This document shows, in pieces, positions 55,638-64,000 of a stretch of 64,000 bases of DNA (positions are counted from its first letter, which is position 1; each line of letters starts with the position of its first letter). The notes below the pieces were generated by a model. That model made no database searches. It worked only from the letters and a program-made list of their open reading frames with translations, and was not told the DNA's origin. Origin of the DNA: a virus. The position numbers and the translations under genes were made by a program. The DNA is taken from IMG/VR virus record IMGVR_UViG_3300043399_000509, one strand, 5' to 3'.

Positions 55638-56285
55638 TTACTTCATATTTAGGTTAGATGGATGGTCCTTTGGTCTATTTTTGGCTATCTCACTAAGTTT
55701 CTTTTTAGTTTCTTGTGAAACTGGTTTGCGAACACGATTTTTCGCTTTTTCACTCATTTTAGTTTTAGATTCTTCTGTATGGGATTTTCCAAAAAAAGGA
55801 TTCTTTTCTCCCATATGAGATTTGGATATTTTATTACAAGTTTCTTCTGTTATTATTTGCTTGGCTCTTTTTTCTTTGATTCTTTTCTTTGATTCTTCTG
55901 TATGGAATTTTCCTTTTATCCAAGGTGTTTTGCCAAACATTGGATTGTTTTTTCCTAAGTTTCTTTCTTTCATGCTTAGGATTTTTGATTGACTTTGAGA
56001 CCAATGACCAAAATGTCTATTCGATAGGTTATAATATTTTTTACCAAGTTGATCATCAGGTATCAGCGAAAGCCATCTATATTCTTCTTCTAACATTACA
56101 TTTCTATCAATGTTTCTTTTTATTATTCTTCTTTTGAAATCATTTGGCCTTCTTCGATACGCTTCACGCATTCTTTTAGACGAACATACATAACCATCAT
56201 TTTCTGTTCCATAGTGACATCCTATATAATACATTTTACGCTTTTTATCGAACCAAATATAAATAAATCCCGACTTTTCCATCAT
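55638..56285 (-). CDS. Seg-like GIY-YIG homing endonuclease with NUMOD3 repeats
   Basis: GFIYIW.D....MYYIGCH.G...DGY.CSS, EEE..WL, YYN and GKNNPMFGK / HTEESK repeats. Confidence 0.88.
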   Translation of the reverse strand: MMEKSGFIYIWFDKKRKMYYIGCHYGTENDGYVCSSKRMREAYRRRPNDFKRRIIKRNIDRNVMLEEEYRWLSLIPDDQLGKKYYNLSNRHFGHWSQSQSKILSMKERNLGKNNPMFGKTPWIKGKFHTEESKKRIKEKRAKQIITEETCNKISKSHMGEKNPFFGKSHTEESKTKMSEKAKNRVRKPVSQETKKKLSEIAKNRPKDHPSNLNMK

Positions 56286-56312
56286 ACTCTCCTAATAAAA
56301 TAGACTATGATG

Positions 56313-56320
56313 TATTTATA
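56313..56320 (-). promoter_or_regulatory. T4 late promoter of the homing endonuclease
   Basis: TATAAATA, followed by an RBS-masking hairpin arm. Confidence 0.75.
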
Positions 56321-56328
56321 AAATCGTG

Positions 56329-57201
56329 TCAGTTAGGCATTCCAAATGGGTTTTGTTCCATAACGGAAATAAGGGTATTTGCTTCTGTTTGAATCTGTTT
56401 GTTGTCAAACATGTCGTAATAGACATAATCACCCATAGTATCACTGGTAGAAACAGACCTTACAGTATTGGATGTATTTCCAACAAGATTTGCTGTTGTG
56501 GAGAAAGTTCCCTTGACATCCACCAGATATATCTTGCTGTTGGATGGGTCCCAGTTGGATACCTTGGCAGAAGCATTTGCTGTTGAATATGAAAGCCCTT
56601 GATAGACCTGCTCACCAATAAAGTAGTTTCCAGAGCCACCAAGTTGAAGTTCTATTGTATATGACACAGTATCCTCAACATCATCAATAACATCAACTCC
56701 TGTGTTAAACTTCTCATTAGAAGAACGATAGGTTTCACATCGTAGTTCGTATACATAAGGAACTTTATATCCTTTAGTGAAAAATAGTAGTTCTTCTTCG
56801 ACAAACTTAATTTCAAATATTTTGTTCATTACAGGAACAAATAATAGATCACCTTCCCGTGGTCTTATAGTTATGTTGGTTGGAATATTCTTATCAAACA
56901 TTCTTTTTGCCACGATAAAGTTTGAGTTTTCACGGACCTCAAGACCAAACTTAGAGAAGAAATCACCCCCCCCTTCATATCCATCAACATTGGCAATATA
57001 CATTTCAATGAGATATGCTTTTTCAAACTTGGATTGCATATTCTCACCAAAGATGACATCTGTGTCATCCCAATCTTCTCTGGGCATATAGTAGATATCG
57101 TGGCCATTCATACGAATAGATTCAACTAATAAATCCTCAAACAAAAATTGCTCTGAGGACTTTCTACCAGGAAATGGTCTAAAATAATGGTTAGTTGCCA
57201 A
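56329..57201 (-). CDS. gp14: Neck protein gp14
   Basis: ATNHYF, ESIRMNGHD.YYMPR, FFSKFGLE, RPREGDL, FEIKFVE and NPFG; TTG start at 57201 after AAGGA. Confidence 0.92.
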   Translation of the reverse strand: MATNHYFRPFPGRKSSEQFLFEDLLVESIRMNGHDIYYMPREDWDDTDVIFGENMQSKFEKAYLIEMYIANVDGYEGGGDFFSKFGLEVRENSNFIVAKRMFDKNIPTNITIRPREGDLLFVPVMNKIFEIKFVEEELLFFTKGYKVPYVYELRCETYRSSNEKFNTGVDVIDDVEDTVSYTIELQLGGSGNYFIGEQVYQGLSYSTANASAKVSNWDPSNSKIYLVDVKGTFSTTANLVGNTSNTVRSVSTSDTMGDYVYYDMFDNKQIQTEANTLISVMEQNPFGMPN

Positions 57202-57586
57202 GATTTTTATTCCTTCTTCTTTCCCAATATAGTTTTCTCGCAATAGACATTTTTTGTTTGGTCTCTAAAGATGCTTTATGACCTTTGAGTTTTCCCTTTT
57301 GAGCCTTACTCATCTTTTGTTTAGATTCTTCTGTGTGCTTTTTTCCATATAAAGGATTATTACTGCCAGACACATCTTTATGATTTTTAGATATTTTTTT
57401 CCTAGATTCTATGCTTAGACCTTTTTTATTCTTTATAGATACATCAGGTCTTTCATTATATTGTTCTTTCATTATTTTTGATGAACATATATAGCCATCA
57501 TTAGTTGATCCTTTATGAGAACCAACATAAAGTTTATTTGTTTTATGGTCTGTCCAACAATATACAAATGCTTCTTTTTCAACCAT
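57191..57586 (-). pseudogene. Internally deleted Seg-like GIY-YIG homing endonuclease
   Basis: AFVYCWTD...LYVGSHKG...DGYICSS...ERPD jumps directly to NUMOD3 repeats; the Glu helix and Asn motif seen in the neighbouring HEG are missing. Confidence 0.6.
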
Positions 57587-57591
57587 ATATT

Positions 57592-58335
57592 TTATCCAAC
57601 ATAAAAACCCAAAGGCTCCTCATAAGTATTTCTAATGAGTTGTTCCAAATCTTGTATTTCTTGAACTGCCTCATCATATATCTGTTGACCATTCATCATT
57701 ATACCACCTGGAAGTTGCATACCCTGGAACTTCTTCATGTTGGTTCCCCACTGACGCTTCATGTAGGCAACACCAAGCCTTTTTAGCATTCGATCATTCC
57801 ATACATCAGGATAGGTACTTGGATCAAGAATAATATAACCTTCAATGATGATATATTCATTTACCTGAATATCATATGACCAATCCCAATCAATATAAAG
57901 CTTATTTGAATGTCTGGTGAACCGAATAGGTGTCTCTCCAGAGAACAACATGTCCAGTGTACGGATATGTTGTTGAGTTAGAACATAGTTAACATATGAT
58001 GTTGATGTAAAGTCATATAGTTCATGTAGACGAAGTTGGTATCTCAGGTCAAACATATTGACTGAGGCATTGGTCGATCCAACAGGGAAGATTCGAGTAA
58101 CACCTATGATATTATCGGTGATAGGAATGAACTTGTCGTCTTTATTTTGTTGGGTGATCTGGTGTTTTAGATACCAGCGTTCAACTCCATCAAAATGAAA
58201 GTCTTGGTAATATTGCAAAGCCATATCAACACAATCATCAACCTGATCATCATCAATGTTGATATCCAAGACTGGTGCCCCAAGTTGTCTTAAGCACCAA
58301 TCTTTATATTGTTCTCTTGTTGTTGGAATAGCCAC
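57592..58335 (-). CDS. gp13: Neck protein gp13
   Basis: CLRQLGAPV..INI.DDQ, FHFDG and KRQWGTNMKKF.G.QLPGG...NGQ.IY; GTG start. Confidence 0.95.
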   Translation of the reverse strand: MAIPTTREQYKDWCLRQLGAPVLDINIDDDQVDDCVDMALQYYQDFHFDGVERWYLKHQITQQNKDDKFIPITDNIIGVTRIFPVGSTNASVNMFDLRYQLRLHELYDFTSTSYVNYVLTQQHIRTLDMLFSGETPIRFTRHSNKLYIDWDWSYDIQVNEYIIIEGYIILDPSTYPDVWNDRMLKRLGVAYMKRQWGTNMKKFQGMQLPGGIMMNGQQIYDEAVQEIQDLEQLIRNTYEEPLGFYVG

Positions 58336-58372
58336 CCTTATTATCCCTTATAAAATGTTTCATTTATATTTA

Positions 58373-58756
58373 TTATCCTAATGCAATAGCAAGTGCAACC
58401 GCAGCAGCAAGAGCGGCATTTGCTGTATTATATGCTGTATTAGCCTGAGAAAAAGCAGGTGTGATATTAGCTGTTATAGTAAAAGAATCATTGAGAGCAT
58501 TGGCAGATAGTATAATATTTTCCCCACCACCAATGGATAGAATATCATCTTTTATATCTGCTACAAGAAATGTTCCACCGACATTGACAGTATTATAATA
58601 AAATCCAGCTCCAGATAGTTCAGTAATAGCACCATTTGCTGCTTTATAAAACAGTTTACCATCAGCATAGTTTATGGCTAACTCACCATTCGCCAAAGAC
58701 GATGGTGAACTTCCGGGAATAGCAGATTTTTTTAGTGCGATTACTGTATTAGCCAT
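58373..58756 (-). CDS. Virion structural protein (fiber-associated)
   Basis: MANTVIALKKS...PSSL.NGELAINYADGKLFYK; ends ALAIALG. Confidence 0.65.
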   Translation of the reverse strand: MANTVIALKKSAIPGSSPSSLANGELAINYADGKLFYKAANGAITELSGAGFYYNTVNVGGTFLVADIKDDILSIGGGENIILSANALNDSFTITANITPAFSQANTAYNTANAALAAAVALAIALG

Positions 58757-59232
58757 TAGAAGTCATTTATTTCCAATAAGTCGGTGGGTTGTTCTGTTTT
58801 TTCAACCAGAAGCACCTCAGCCTTTGGTGTTGCCTTTTGCTTTTTTCTATTTATATTAGCTGGTTGATTTATGACTTCTTCTATTCTTTTATTGAGATTT
58901 GATATGGTCTCATCTTTTTCATTTATGATTCTTTTCATTTCTGTAATCTGAGATATCAAAGAGTCCATATGTGAGACCTTATTTCTCATTGCATTGAATT
59001 GTTCTTCCCATTTACGGGCATCATCCTTAGCTTTATTATATTCAAAATCAGCTTTTTTATTGTCTTCAACCTGATTTCGCAAGGAAGCAATCAACTCATC
59101 TTTTTCACGGATAAGTTCATTAGATACTTTGACCTGTGTTTTTAGTTGAAGTGTGGTTGCCAAGTATTCATGGATTGTTCCAACAGCAGTATCAATATAG
59201 GCATTGACGTATTTAGTTTGTGTGTCACTCAT
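58756..59232 (-). CDS. Hypothetical coiled-coil protein
   Basis: Heptad-rich 158-aa ORF. Confidence 0.65.
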   Translation of the reverse strand: MSDTQTKYVNAYIDTAVGTIHEYLATTLQLKTQVKVSNELIREKDELIASLRNQVEDNKKADFEYNKAKDDARKWEEQFNAMRNKVSHMDSLISQITEMKRIINEKDETISNLNKRIEEVINQPANINRKKQKATPKAEVLLVEKTEQPTDLLEINDF

Positions 59233-59276
59233 TTTTATTCACCATTATATTATCCTTTATATTTTAAATATGTTGC

Positions 59277-60710
59277 TTAGAACGATCCTCCGTCAAGATG
59301 GGAGAAAGCAGGTGCACCAGCCGCTGTTGCAGTTAGAACCTGACCTTCTGTACCGGCTGCTGTTACCTTGATTGGTCCTGTTGTATTACCATAGAGCACA
59401 CCATTTTGTGTAAATGATGTCATCCCTGTACCACCATATAGAACATCAATAGTGCTAGCATTCCATGTACCAGCAGAAATAATACCAATACCAGTGATTC
59501 CTGTGTAAGAACCGGAAATTCTACCAGATGGAACTGTTCCTGTTGACAGATAAGAGGCATTGGCTGCATTTACATTGGCTGTGTTTGCAAAATCAAAGGC
59601 CGCATTAGCTACAGAATGGGCAGAGTTGGCAAATGCATAAGAAGCGTTAGCAGTTTCATGAGCTGTATTTGCATGTGTTCTTGCTGTATTGGCCTGTACA
59701 AATCCTGCATTGGCAGTTTTATATGCAGCATTGGCATGAACAAAAGAAACATTAGCATGTGTGAATGCAGCATTTGCATGAACAAATGTATCTGTAATCC
59801 AAGAGATTGCATTTACACCACCGAGTTTTAGATTACTTGTGATGAGGTCGGCATTTAAAACAGCAATGGTAAATCCATTTGCTGTTGGATCAATATGATT
59901 ACCGTCCGCTTCCTGGTCATACCCATAAAATAGATAGTATTCTTTTGAGGTATGTTCACGGTACAAACCAGTATGAACATTTGATCCAGTGGCGTTGACA
60001 TAATTTGCAATAAACCCAATATCAACAGCATCGGTTGTATAATTATTACCAGCAAGATATAGTAGTGGATCAGAAATACGAAGAGTTTCAGTATTTGCAA
60101 ATATTGTGTTACCTGTAAGGAATAAAGTTCCTGTGATAGTTACTGAACCATCAATTGTACCACCATTAGCCGAGAACCTAGTATTAGCAAAACTATAAGC
60201 ATCATTGGCTTGAGTAAACGCTGCATTTGCATGAATAAATGACGCATTGGCTGTTTCATGAGCTGTATTTGCATGTGTTCTTGCTGTATTGGCCTGTACA
60301 AATCCTGCATTTGCCGTAGAATGAGCAACATTAGCATGTGTATAAGAAGTATTGGCTTGCTCAAATGCAGCATTTGCATGAACGAAAGAAGCATTAGCCG
60401 TTTCATGTGCTGTATTGGCATGAGTGCGTGCTGTATTGGCTTGATCAAATGCTGCATTAGCCTGTGTAAATACAGCAGCATTATTGCCTGTATTTGCTGC
60501 CTCAAAGGCCGCATTTGCTTGTGCAAAAGCTTGACTTGTTAGGTCTGTCCAATATTGTCCACCAACTTCAACAACACCATTACCAGAGGTATTACCAAGA
60601 AAGAGTTTACCTGAAAGATAGGAGTATGCTGGTTCAGCCGCCGAAAGAGAACCATTGGCGGGTGTTGCCGTGGCATTCGATCTTTTGATTTGTATAACTG
60701 TGTTTGCCAT
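59277..60710 (-). CDS. Fiber-like structural protein with heptad (A-F-x-x-A-N-x) coiled-coil repeats
   Basis: MANTVIQIKRS N-domain, repeated AFxQANT/AHxTANA units, YGGTG and a C-terminal DGGSF. Confidence 0.75.
   Translation of the reverse strand: MANTVIQIKRSNATATPANGSLSAAEPAYSYLSGKLFLGNTSGNGVVEVGGQYWTDLTSQAFAQANAAFEAANTGNNAAVFTQANAAFDQANTARTHANTAHETANASFVHANAAFEQANTSYTHANVAHSTANAGFVQANTARTHANTAHETANASFIHANAAFTQANDAYSFANTRFSANGGTIDGSVTITGTLFLTGNTIFANTETLRISDPLLYLAGNNYTTDAVDIGFIANYVNATGSNVHTGLYREHTSKEYYLFYGYDQEADGNHIDPTANGFTIAVLNADLITSNLKLGGVNAISWITDTFVHANAAFTHANVSFVHANAAYKTANAGFVQANTARTHANTAHETANASYAFANSAHSVANAAFDFANTANVNAANASYLSTGTVPSGRISGSYTGITGIGIISAGTWNASTIDVLYGGTGMTSFTQNGVLYGNTTGPIKVTAAGTEGQVLTATAAGAPAFSHLDGGSF
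59653..60311. repeat. 59-bp perfect direct repeat, 600 bp apart
   Basis: gtttcatgagctgtatttgcatgtgttcttgctgtattggcctgtacaaatcctgcatt at 59653-59711 and 60253-60311. Confidence 0.85.
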
Positions 60711-60713
60711 GAC

Positions 60714-60947
60714 CTAAAAGGTTCCTCCTGATATATTGGGCAAAATCTTTATTACATATTTTCCACTGACTTCATCATAAACAAGAGTTTCATTATTATC
60801 TGGGTCAGAAGCATCCACATCTGAAAGGCTGGACAAAGTTCCGGCATTTTCTGGTATAATACCAACAGTGCGAATCTGCGTTCTTTGTTGATTATTTATA
60901 CTTATTCGGTTCTTTGATGGTGAAACAACTGTGACTTTGACTGCCAT
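60714..60947 (-). CDS. Small structural protein
   Basis: LSSLSDVD...TLVYD...GKY; ends GGTF. Confidence 0.65.
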   Translation of the reverse strand: MAVKVTVVSPSKNRISINNQQRTQIRTVGIIPENAGTLSSLSDVDASDPDNNETLVYDEVSGKYVIKILPNISGGTF

Positions 60948-60952
60948 ATGTT

Positions 60953-61294
60953 TTATACCTTGGTAACGCTGGGAGTGACAGTGATAATACCTTCAAGCAC
61001 ACGAGTTGTTACATTATTATTATCCACTGCTTTGACATCAAATAAATATCTTCCGGGCTTCAGATTGGCGGTGTTGGCTGCTGGTAGTGATAGTGTTATT
61101 TCACCATTGGATGCATTTGTTACGGTACAAATAAGATTGGCTGAAGCATTGGTTGAATAATAGGACCGTCGAAGTTGTGATGTGACTGTATAGTTGGCTA
61201 CATTTATAGGCGTGTTTGTCACATCATCAGTTAGATTGATGACATTATTGAATGTTGCATTTTGGTCCATGTATAGTTCTACAAAAGCACTCAA
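60953..61294 (-). CDS. Conserved Ig-like virion protein
   Basis: DQNATF...QLRRSY.S...GEITLSL....TANLKPGRY.FDV...RVLEG.ITVTP.VT; TTG start. Confidence 0.7.
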   Translation of the reverse strand: MSAFVELYMDQNATFNNVINLTDDVTNTPINVANYTVTSQLRRSYYSTNASANLICTVTNASNGEITLSLPAANTANLKPGRYLFDVKAVDNNNVTTRVLEGIITVTPSVTKV

Positions 61295-61300
61295 AGTCTT

Positions 61301-61738
61301 TTACCTTCCTGCTGCTGAACGGAAAAAATCGTCAATATCATCAGATGTTGCACCAGATGCAGTCATAATCTGGTTTAGTAGTGGGTTAGAGCGTAGGTAG
61401 GTATCTGCTGCAAAATCTGTTTCAGCAATGATTCTTTCATTTCCATCAGATATTGCATCAAAAATAGATTGAATCATCGCTGGTGGAATACCTGTTCTAG
61501 TCATATCTAGGGCTTCTTGTGGTGTGATAAGGGATCGTTCTCTCAGTTCAATAGCACATTGCCGACGAGTGATTGATTGTGGTACAGGAGGTGGTGGCGG
61601 AATGTATGGTTCAGGTTGGTTGCCTTTAGATAACCACAACAAGTATTCCTGATAATCCCTGTTACCGCCATCAAAAGGAATAAAGGCATTGTCTGTTGTG
61701 CGATGTACTGTTGTTGGTGATGATGTTAGTTTGTACAT
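61301..61738 (-). CDS. Tail fiber assembly/chaperone-like protein
   Basis: DNAFIPFD.GNRDYQEYL.W...GN.P, VPQSITRRQ and IDDFF..A. Confidence 0.65.
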   Translation of the reverse strand: MYKLTSSPTTVHRTTDNAFIPFDGGNRDYQEYLLWLSKGNQPEPYIPPPPPVPQSITRRQCAIELRERSLITPQEALDMTRTGIPPAMIQSIFDAISDGNERIIAETDFAADTYLRSNPLLNQIMTASGATSDDIDDFFRSAAGR

Positions 61739-61750
61739 AATGTTTATTCC

Positions 61751-62845
61751 TTATAATTCTGCTGATGCTGCCCAATGAAAAGACGCTCGAGATTGAGCTG
61801 TACCTTGTGTGTAAATCTTAAATCCAGAAGTTCCGATATTATCTACAGCAATGGGAGTAGTATTGTTAATTATTGAATCTCTTGTATATCTAGACGCATT
61901 ACCTACTGCATCCCATATAGTCATTGACGGAGCCACACGTTTAGAAACAGCAAATCGCACTCTCGCTGGACTGTTTGCGGCTATATAAAAATCCTCTATA
62001 GAATCTGTCAAGCCAAGATTGCTGCCTGGAACAGTGGTTACACTATAACTCTGTTCATAATACCTCTGACACAACTGCAACTCCACACCCGGTGGTCGAA
62101 CCTCAAACGGTGTGGCTACCGATCCAGCCTCAAGTTGAACCTGTGCAATATCAAAAGTACCGGATTGTTGTCCCAGTGAGTTTGTGCGAGAGTTGAAGTT
62201 AGACCCAGCATCAAACCAGAAGATTAAAATCAGTACGTCATTATTATCTGTGCCTAATGTTTTACCAGAGATTGATGGAATATTGGCTGTAATCATAAAC
62301 TTTTTCCATGAAGTTGTAAGGGCACAAGTTGTTACACCAATAGCAGTCACAGCAGATGATGGTGAACCTCCTGTACCAAAGGTTTGAGCAAACTCAACAG
62401 CAATATTTTTAGAGGCATCAGCCTTTGCCCAAAAAGACAGGGTTGCTGTTTGACCAGCCAGTGTTCTAACAGATTCAATACGTTGATCAAAACGAACATA
62501 ATTGGCAGCATTGGCTACAGATGTTACAACTGTTCTATGAAAATAAGATGGTTCGTTGGGTACATCCGTCTGCCCTAAAGTAAACGTTTGTCGGGACACA
62601 TTAGCTGTTGATCCAACTCGGGGATGATTCCACCTATCCGCACAATACTGTACGTTAAGAACATCCGTAAAGCTTGTACCTCTTTGCCAATAGTCAAAGT
62701 TACCATTGATGACTTTGTTTCTAAATGAGGCTACTGGTGAGACCGCAGAACCACCTGCTGACACAACATTGGCTGATACATTGCCCGTGGTCACAATGCT
62801 GATGTTATTTGCTACGCTACCTGTTGTAATATATGATAATGGCAT
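61751..62845 (-). CDS. Tail fiber protein
   Basis: FRNKVINGNFDYWQRG, ADRW, QVQLEAGSVATPFE.R...ELQLCQRYY and ASAEL. Confidence 0.8.
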   Translation of the reverse strand: MPLSYITTGSVANNISIVTTGNVSANVVSAGGSAVSPVASFRNKVINGNFDYWQRGTSFTDVLNVQYCADRWNHPRVGSTANVSRQTFTLGQTDVPNEPSYFHRTVVTSVANAANYVRFDQRIESVRTLAGQTATLSFWAKADASKNIAVEFAQTFGTGGSPSSAVTAIGVTTCALTTSWKKFMITANIPSISGKTLGTDNNDVLILIFWFDAGSNFNSRTNSLGQQSGTFDIAQVQLEAGSVATPFEVRPPGVELQLCQRYYEQSYSVTTVPGSNLGLTDSIEDFYIAANSPARVRFAVSKRVAPSMTIWDAVGNASRYTRDSIINNTTPIAVDNIGTSGFKIYTQGTAQSRASFHWAASAEL

Positions 62846-62860
62846 TGTCTGTTCAGTTCC

Positions 62861-64000
62861 TTAGTTGTTCGTCATACTATTTAGTTTTTTCTTCAAGGTT
62901 TCTACCTCAATCGATAGTTCTTGTACAGCCTTGATCAGTATCGGATAGGTCTTCATTGGGTCTGCTTCCCATTTATCGGGGTTTTCTTTATGAACCAGAC
63001 GAGTATAGTCATGTGAGTTGAACTGGTTTTCAACCTCATCAAGTTCCTGTGCAATGAATCCAAGGTCTTTGCGACCCTTGAATGTACCATCCCGGCGATT
63101 CCAATCAAATCGGACAGGTCTGAGTGCAGTGATAAAGTCAAGACCATAGGGTACAGGTTCAATATTGGTCTTATCCCGAGCATCAGACAGTGATGAGATT
63201 GTGGTGTCATTGCAGCGAAGGTTATCAACAGAGGCATTACCAAGTGTGAAAGTATTGTTTGATGTGGCGGTTGGTGGTTCAGCATTAAAACCAAGACAGG
63301 TATTATTAGTACCTGTGGTGATTGTATCTCCTGATTGAGAACCAACTGCTGTGTTTTGGACACCTGTGGTGTTGGAATATAGTGTACCAATACCAACAGC
63401 CGTATTAAGACCACCTATTGTATTACTGAATAATGCTTCACGACCAACTGCTGTGTTATTGCTACCTGTGGTGCTGGAGTTTAGTGCATTTATACCAACT
63501 GCTGTGTTATATGTGCCTATGGTGTTATTGTATAGTGCTTGATCACCAACTGCCGTATTAAAAGAACCAGTTGTGTTAAAACGTAATGATACTCTACCCA
63601 ACGCTGTGTTGTATTCACCAGTTGTGCTATCTCGTAATGCATAACCACCAAATGCCGTGTTAAAACGGGCTGTTGTGTTGGAAAATAAAGTCTCTATTCC
63701 AACTGCTGTGTTTTGGATGCCTGTGGTGTTGGAATATAGTGCATTCATACCAACTGCTGTGTTTTCGGTGCCTGTGGTGTTGGTATATAGTGCTGCCTGA
63801 CCAACTGCTGTGTTATTGGTGCCTATGGTGTTGGAGAGCAGTGCTGCATAACCAACTGCTGTGTTATTGGTGCCTGTGGTGTTGGTATATAGTGCTGCCT
63901 GACCAACTGCTGTGTTATTGGTGCCTATGGTGTTGGAGAGCAGTGCTGCATAACCAACTGCTGTGTTATTGGTGCCTGTGGTGTTGGTATATAGTGCTGC
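62861..64000 (-). CDS. Fiber/adhesin with 17-aa beta-solenoid repeats and a C-terminal S74-type intramolecular chaperone (partial; 5' end outside window)
   Basis: NTAVG..AL..NT.G repeats; SDARDKTNI...GLDFI..LRPV.F.W...GFIAQE...LIKAVQEL. The frame is open to 64000. Confidence 0.85.
   Translation of the reverse strand, partial: AALYTNTTGTNNTAVGYAALLSNTIGTNNTAVGQAALYTNTTGTNNTAVGYAALLSNTIGTNNTAVGQAALYTNTTGTENTAVGMNALYSNTTGIQNTAVGIETLFSNTTARFNTAFGGYALRDSTTGEYNTALGRVSLRFNTTGSFNTAVGDQALYNNTIGTYNTAVGINALNSSTTGSNNTAVGREALFSNTIGGLNTAVGIGTLYSNTTGVQNTAVGSQSGDTITTGTNNTCLGFNAEPPTATSNNTFTLGNASVDNLRCNDTTISSLSDARDKTNIEPVPYGLDFITALRPVRFDWNRRDGTFKGRKDLGFIAQELDEVENQFNSHDYTRLVHKENPDKWEADPMKTYPILIKAVQELSIEVETLKKKLNSMTNN
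63767..64000. repeat. Perfect 102-bp coding tandem repeat (two 51-bp sub-units), at least 2.3 copies
   Basis: The unit starts at 63767, 63869 and 63971. Confidence 0.9.

Noticed and set aside
55616-56332. Group I intron or bypass element around the homing endonuclease between gp14 and gp15
   Set aside because: Flanks are only about 20-45 nt, too short for an intron core; both host genes are intact; the 6-bp flanking inverted matches are expected by chance.
21997-57243. Longest-ORF starts given for gp62 (22069), cobS (28267), ORF 31622, ORF 45652 and gp14 (57243)
   Set aside because: They overlap upstream genes or promoters; downstream starts fit the RBS positions or expected N-termini better.
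59653-60311. Diversity-generating retroelement TR/VR pair
   Set aside because: The copies are identical, with no adenine-specific mismatches, and no reverse transcriptase is in the window.
745-63542. Numerous plus-strand and off-frame ORFs in the six-frame track
   Set aside because: They overlap well-supported minus-strand genes, show no recognisable motifs and look like shadow ORFs.
1-64000. tRNA or rRNA genes
   Set aside because: Intergenic gaps are short and none shows a cloverleaf with T-loop and CCA; a tRNAscan-SE run would confirm.

Overview
This is a 64-kb fragment of a large, AT-rich T4-like myovirus genome, and essentially every gene is on the minus strand. In transcription order (right to left) it holds: repeat-rich fiber and structural genes; neck gp13/14/15 with two Seg-like GIY-YIG homing endonucleases; terminase gp16/17; sheath and tube gp18/19; portal gp20; prohead core gp67/68, gp21 and gp22; capsid gp23; gp3; uvsY/uvsW; gp55; gp47/46; an SNase and PiT phosphate transporter; the CobT/CobS-like vWA/AAA pair; dNMP kinase; gp45/44/62/regA, interrupted by an EcoRI-like nuclease and Dam-like methylase; dUTPase; PAAR; hsp20; an M15 endolysin; an ~11-kb sugar-nucleotide, glycosyltransferase and methyltransferase island with a Gmd-ColD-Fcl/ColC route; gp43; and a third homing endonuclease. 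T4 late promoters (TATAAATA) and sigma70-like promoters are visible. An alphaproteobacterial host is inferred from a ROSE-like hsp20 leader, a DEIPF tail and LysR-like boxes, but is not proven. The most notable observations are the glycosylation island, the ROSE-like thermometer, the R-M cassette inside the clamp-loader operon, short interaction-motif mimics (sliding-clamp, SSB-Ct, portal), a palindromic upstream element at two early promoters, a lone antisense consensus promoter, a capsid-targeted ART-like protein and an apparent ACG start for gp15. All product calls come from motif recognition; no database searches were run.
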